From Podarcis melisellensis (taxonomy: Eukaryota), in assembly GCA_964234715.1 (NCBI GenBank), contig OZ174281.1: DNA of 64,000 nucleotides, one strand, 5' to 3'. A program made the translations under genes and the position numbers. The notes below the pieces were generated by a model, which did no database searches, was not told the DNA's origin, and saw only the letters and a list, made by a program, of their open reading frames with translations. Of this stretch, positions 60,407 through 64,000 are shown piece by piece. Each line of letters starts with the position of its first letter. Positions within the stretch are counted from its first letter, which is position 1.

Positions 60407-61107
60407 TTGGGGTGGTACCTAAGGTTTCCTGGATCAAAGTTTTTTTGGGCTTTGTACATTAATGCAGGCTCCATAGTAGATGAGCACCCAGTGTAGATAC
60501 TTCCACAATGGTGTCTTTCCAGCACCCTGGCCACCAGCTGGAGCTTCCGAACCAGGTCCAAGGGCAACCCACATAAAGCACATTGCACCTACCCAAAGAG
60601 CCTCTTCCCTGGATTCAAACACAATTTTTTTTTAGCCCTCATACAATCCACCATGACATTCAGAAACTGATCTAGAACTTTCACAGCCTCTCCTGATTCA
60701 GGTGATATGGAGAAAAAGAGCAGGGTGCCGATGACACTGTGCTCAAAAACTCCTAATGACCACTCCCAACAGCTTTATACAGATGTTAAAAAGCAGCTGT
60801 TAGCAGCTCTAAACCTTTGGAAACCCTAAAAAAACTTTTGACCACCCACGTTATTATAATGGACATGCACAGACTCAACTGTAACAGCAGCAACAGCAGC
60901 AGCAGCAACAACTACAATAATACTTTTATTATTTAAACCCTGCCCATCTGGCCGGGTTGCCCCAGCCACCCTGGATGGCTTCCAGCACATATAAAAGCAT
61001 AATAAAGCATCAAACATTAACCACTGTAGTGCTGTAACTGTTGCATCATAAACTTCCTTTTTGTAAGAAAAAACATTTATTGAAGAACACAAAAGCCCAA
61101 AACCAGC

Positions 61108-61255
61108 CAGTGGCGTAGCGTGGGTTGTCAGCACCCGGGGCAAGGCAAGTAATTTGCGCCCCCTAACCCGAGGATTTGCGCCCCCTAACCCTAACCACCA
61201 GATGTTGTGCCCGGTGCGGCCGGCCCCCCCCTGCACCCCCCACGCTATGCCACTG
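61108..61255 (-). mobile_element. TTAGGG-carrying hAT MITE (copy 4), inserted in the SNRPD3 retrocopy 3'UTR
   Basis: Same TIRs; flanks aaaccagc / ccaccagc. Confidence 0.9.
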
Positions 61256-61317
61256 CCACCAGCACCACATTCCACAAGAACAGTTTTCAATTCATTGAGA
61301 AAAGGCTGCATCCCATG

Positions 61318-61686
61318 TTACCACCAGTTCTGGAAGATGTTGCCACGCTCTCTTCCTCTGGCAGCTACCTGGGCATTCAGGATAGCTGGTTTGCCCCATT
61401 TCGGCCCCAGAGCCCCGGTTTTTTTCTTCATACTTTTCAGCATTGACACATTTTTCAGCATATTTGGCAAGACGAGGAACTGGATTTTGCTGCCTCGAAT
61501 GTACACCTGCTCTAGTTGCGCCACATGCCCATCTCTGTAGGTCACTGTGATGTTGGACATTTGGCCATTCATGTTGTCCTCGGCCTCAGTGAGCTTTCCC
61601 CAGTACACTGCTTCAGTATTCATCTCACAGGTCACAATATGACTATCTGCTTCATGCAGGACTTGAATTGCCACTCCGATAGACAC
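61318..61686 (-). pseudogene. SNRPD3: Processed pseudogene of small nuclear ribonucleoprotein Sm D3
   Basis: Intronless SIGV.I.VLHEA..HIVTCE...[33 protein letters not shown]; start is GTG; many substitutions; 3'UTR with AATAAA at ~61076-61081. Confidence 0.93.
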
Positions 61687-61900
61687 GACTGAAGCCGGGC
61701 ATGTTCAAACCACCAGGCGCTCCCAACTCTCTGCAACGGCATGCCTTCATTTCCATGCCCACTGATGTCGCAGCATGCAACATGCCTCTGCATCATAAAC
61801 TGCTTGATGGGCTTCTATTTCCTGTTATTTCTTCAGGCCTTTCAGCTGTTGGTTTATATACCAGATTTCCAAAGGTTTCTATGTTTTGAAAGGTTTAAAT

Positions 61901-62152
61901 CAGGGGTCAGTAAACTTTTTCAGCAGGGGGCCAGTCCACTGTCCCTCAGACCTTGTGGGGGGCCGGACTATATTTTGAAGGGAAAAATAAGAACAAATTC
62001 CTATGCCCCACAAATAACCCAGAGATGCATTTTAAATAAAAGCACACATTCTACTCATGTAAAAACACGCTGATTCCCAGACCGTCTACGGGCCGGATTT
62101 AGAAGGTGATTGGGCCGGATCCAGCCCCAGCGCCTTAGTTAGCCTACCCATG
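61901..62152 (+). mobile_element. hAT-Charlie-type MITE
   Basis: Ends caggggtcagtaaact / agttagcctacccatg; perfect TSD gtttaaat. Confidence 0.92.
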
Positions 62153-62229
62153 GTTTAAATACTTGAAGCAATACTTTGCCAAGGCTCTGAAGATCCCAAT
62201 GTATACCAAAGACTGTTGCCATCCCAGTA

Positions 62230-62455
62230 AAGTGGTACCTCGGGTTAAGTACTTAATTTGTTCTGGAGGTCTGTTCTTACCCTGAAACTGTTCTTAACCC
62301 GAAGCACCACTTTAGCTAATGGGGCCTCCTCCTGCTGCTGCGCCACCGGAGCACGATTTCTGTTCTCATCCTGAAGCAAAGTTCTTAACCCGAGGTACTA
62401 TATCTGGGTTAGCGGAGTCTGTAACCTGAAGCGTATGTAACCCGAAGTACCACTG
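62230..62455 (-). mobile_element. Tc1/mariner-type MITE (inverted copy of 58890-59115)
   Basis: Same 226-bp family, TA TSD. Confidence 0.9.
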
Positions 62456-63548
62456 TACTGTTTCCAATCTCCTCATTCCCATGCTTCGTGTCTGCTCCTC
62501 AGAAGGAGGATGTGCACTCTCTGCCCTCCTAAAAGCTGCCCCAGCCCCAGCAGTGTAGCATATACCCACACTGCCCAGGGCGGACGCTCTCCTGAGGTGG
62601 GCAGGGTGTGGAGGGTGCCCTCCCACACACCGCAGTTCAGGGTAGGAGGGGGCAGGGAAGCTGCTGCTCACTTTCCTCCTGCTCTCTGCAGCTGGGTCAG
62701 ACATGACCCGGCAACAGAGCTGCTGCCACCGGGCGCGAGGTGTGCCGCCCACTTGCCTTCCATTTTGTCACCCCCTCAGTCATGACACCCGAGGTGAGCC
62801 GCACCCACCGCACCCCCCTTCCTACGCCTCCTCACAGCACCTCTCAAATCCACTCACACAGTAACACAACCTGAGAAATATTGAGACCTCGGATGTATTT
62901 GAGGAAAGCGGAGTAGAAATGTTTTCTCTGCATCAATCCTGTGGCGACTGCTCTGTTGATCTTGAGCCTGGAGGAGACAACCCAGTTGGACACATTTATT
63001 CCCTTTCTCCCCTGAAATACGGAAATACCTCCAGGGGTTGTGTCTGGCCATCTGTATCCTCAGCTAGGGATGTATTAAAATGCTTGATAGAATATCAAAT
63101 CCCAGAATAGATCTGGTTATAAAATGGCTTCAAACTTTACTACCTGGATTGTGGTAGTTTGAGGGGTGCATTTTGAAAATGCGTCCCCAAAAGGCAAAAT
63201 ACAAACTGTGTTTTATCAGAAACAAGGAAGGAAAAATAGAGGGTGCCCTGGTAAATAAGGTTAGGGAACATTTAAGGAACATTTGTCAGTTGTGTATAAT
63301 TCAAATATATTCATGCCATTCTTCCATATCTAGCTATAATCAGGTAGCCAAAATTACAAGGATTTAAAACAAACTAAACTAAAAAAAAATCCACACTAAA
63401 GCCTATAAATTCAGTATTCCCAGTGCAAATAGCAACACCCAAGGCCTTTATTGTAATTTTCTTTTTTCAAAGCAGAGAAGGAATCAAGTCGGGGGGGGGG
63501 TAAGGTAGAAGGTTTTAACTGGCCCTGCAGAAATGATGCTGAGTATGA

Positions 63549-63934
63549 TCGCCAAAGAATTGATGCTTTTGAATTATGGTGCTGGAGGAGACTCTTGAGA
63601 GTCCCATGGACTGCAAGAAGATCAAACCTCCTCTCCATTCTGAAGGAAATCAGCCCTGAGTGCTCACTGGAAGGACAGATCCTGAAGCTGAGGCTCCAAG
63701 ACTTTGGCCACCTCATGAGAAGAGAAGACTCCCTGGAAAAGACCCTGATGTTGGGAAAGATGGAGGGCACAAGGAGAAGGGGATGACAAAGGACGAGATG
63801 GTTGGACAGTGTTCTCGAAGCTACCAACATGAGTTTGGCCAAGCTGCGGGAGGCAGTAGAAGACAGGAGTGCCTGGTGTGCTCTGGTCCAGGGGGTCACG
63901 AAGAGTTGGACATGACTAAACGACTAAACAACAA
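63549..63934 (+). mobile_element. Bov-B (RTE) LINE 3' end
   Basis: RIDAFELWCWRRLLRVPWTARRSN..ILKEISPECSLEG..LKL..FGHLMRREDSLEKTLMLGK; (CAA)-type tail cgactaaacaacaa. Confidence 0.95.
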
Positions 63935-64000
63935 TAATGAGAAACCAGCATAATGAGCAGAAGCACCAGGCTTTGCTGTACTCCCTTTACTCATGCCTTG

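Overview
Eukaryotic (vertebrate) genomic DNA, almost certainly a squamate reptile and probably a lacertid lizard, inferred from Sauria/Squam1 SINEs, Squam3B-like SINEs with (CTT)n tails, Bov-B and young CR1 LINEs. No intact multi-exon protein-coding gene can be recognised. The window is intronic or intergenic. A ~3.2 kb CpG island (~17.7-21.0 kb) looks like a possibly bidirectional promoter with candidate first exons on both strands of an unidentified host gene. The rest is a dense mosaic of transposable elements (CR1, L2, L1, Bov-B/RTE LINEs; tRNA-derived SINEs; many hAT and Tc1/mariner MITEs with readable TSDs; solo LTRs; a decayed Gypsy element), two intronless processed pseudogenes (PMF1, SNRPD3), microsatellites and a 183-N assembly gap. 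Most notable: (1) a young ~147-bp hAT-type MITE present four times that carries vertebrate telomeric TTAGGG units in a G-quadruplex-compatible array, with a 22-bp unit tandemly expanded in one copy; (2) a 1.64-kb apparently full-length, ORF-less, L1-mobilised retroelement with a CpG-rich 5' promoter, poly(A) tail and perfect 19-bp TSD, sharing its target site with one of those MITEs; (3) a multi-level nested TE stack that gives a relative chronology of TE families. TE family names come from motif recall, not database searches.
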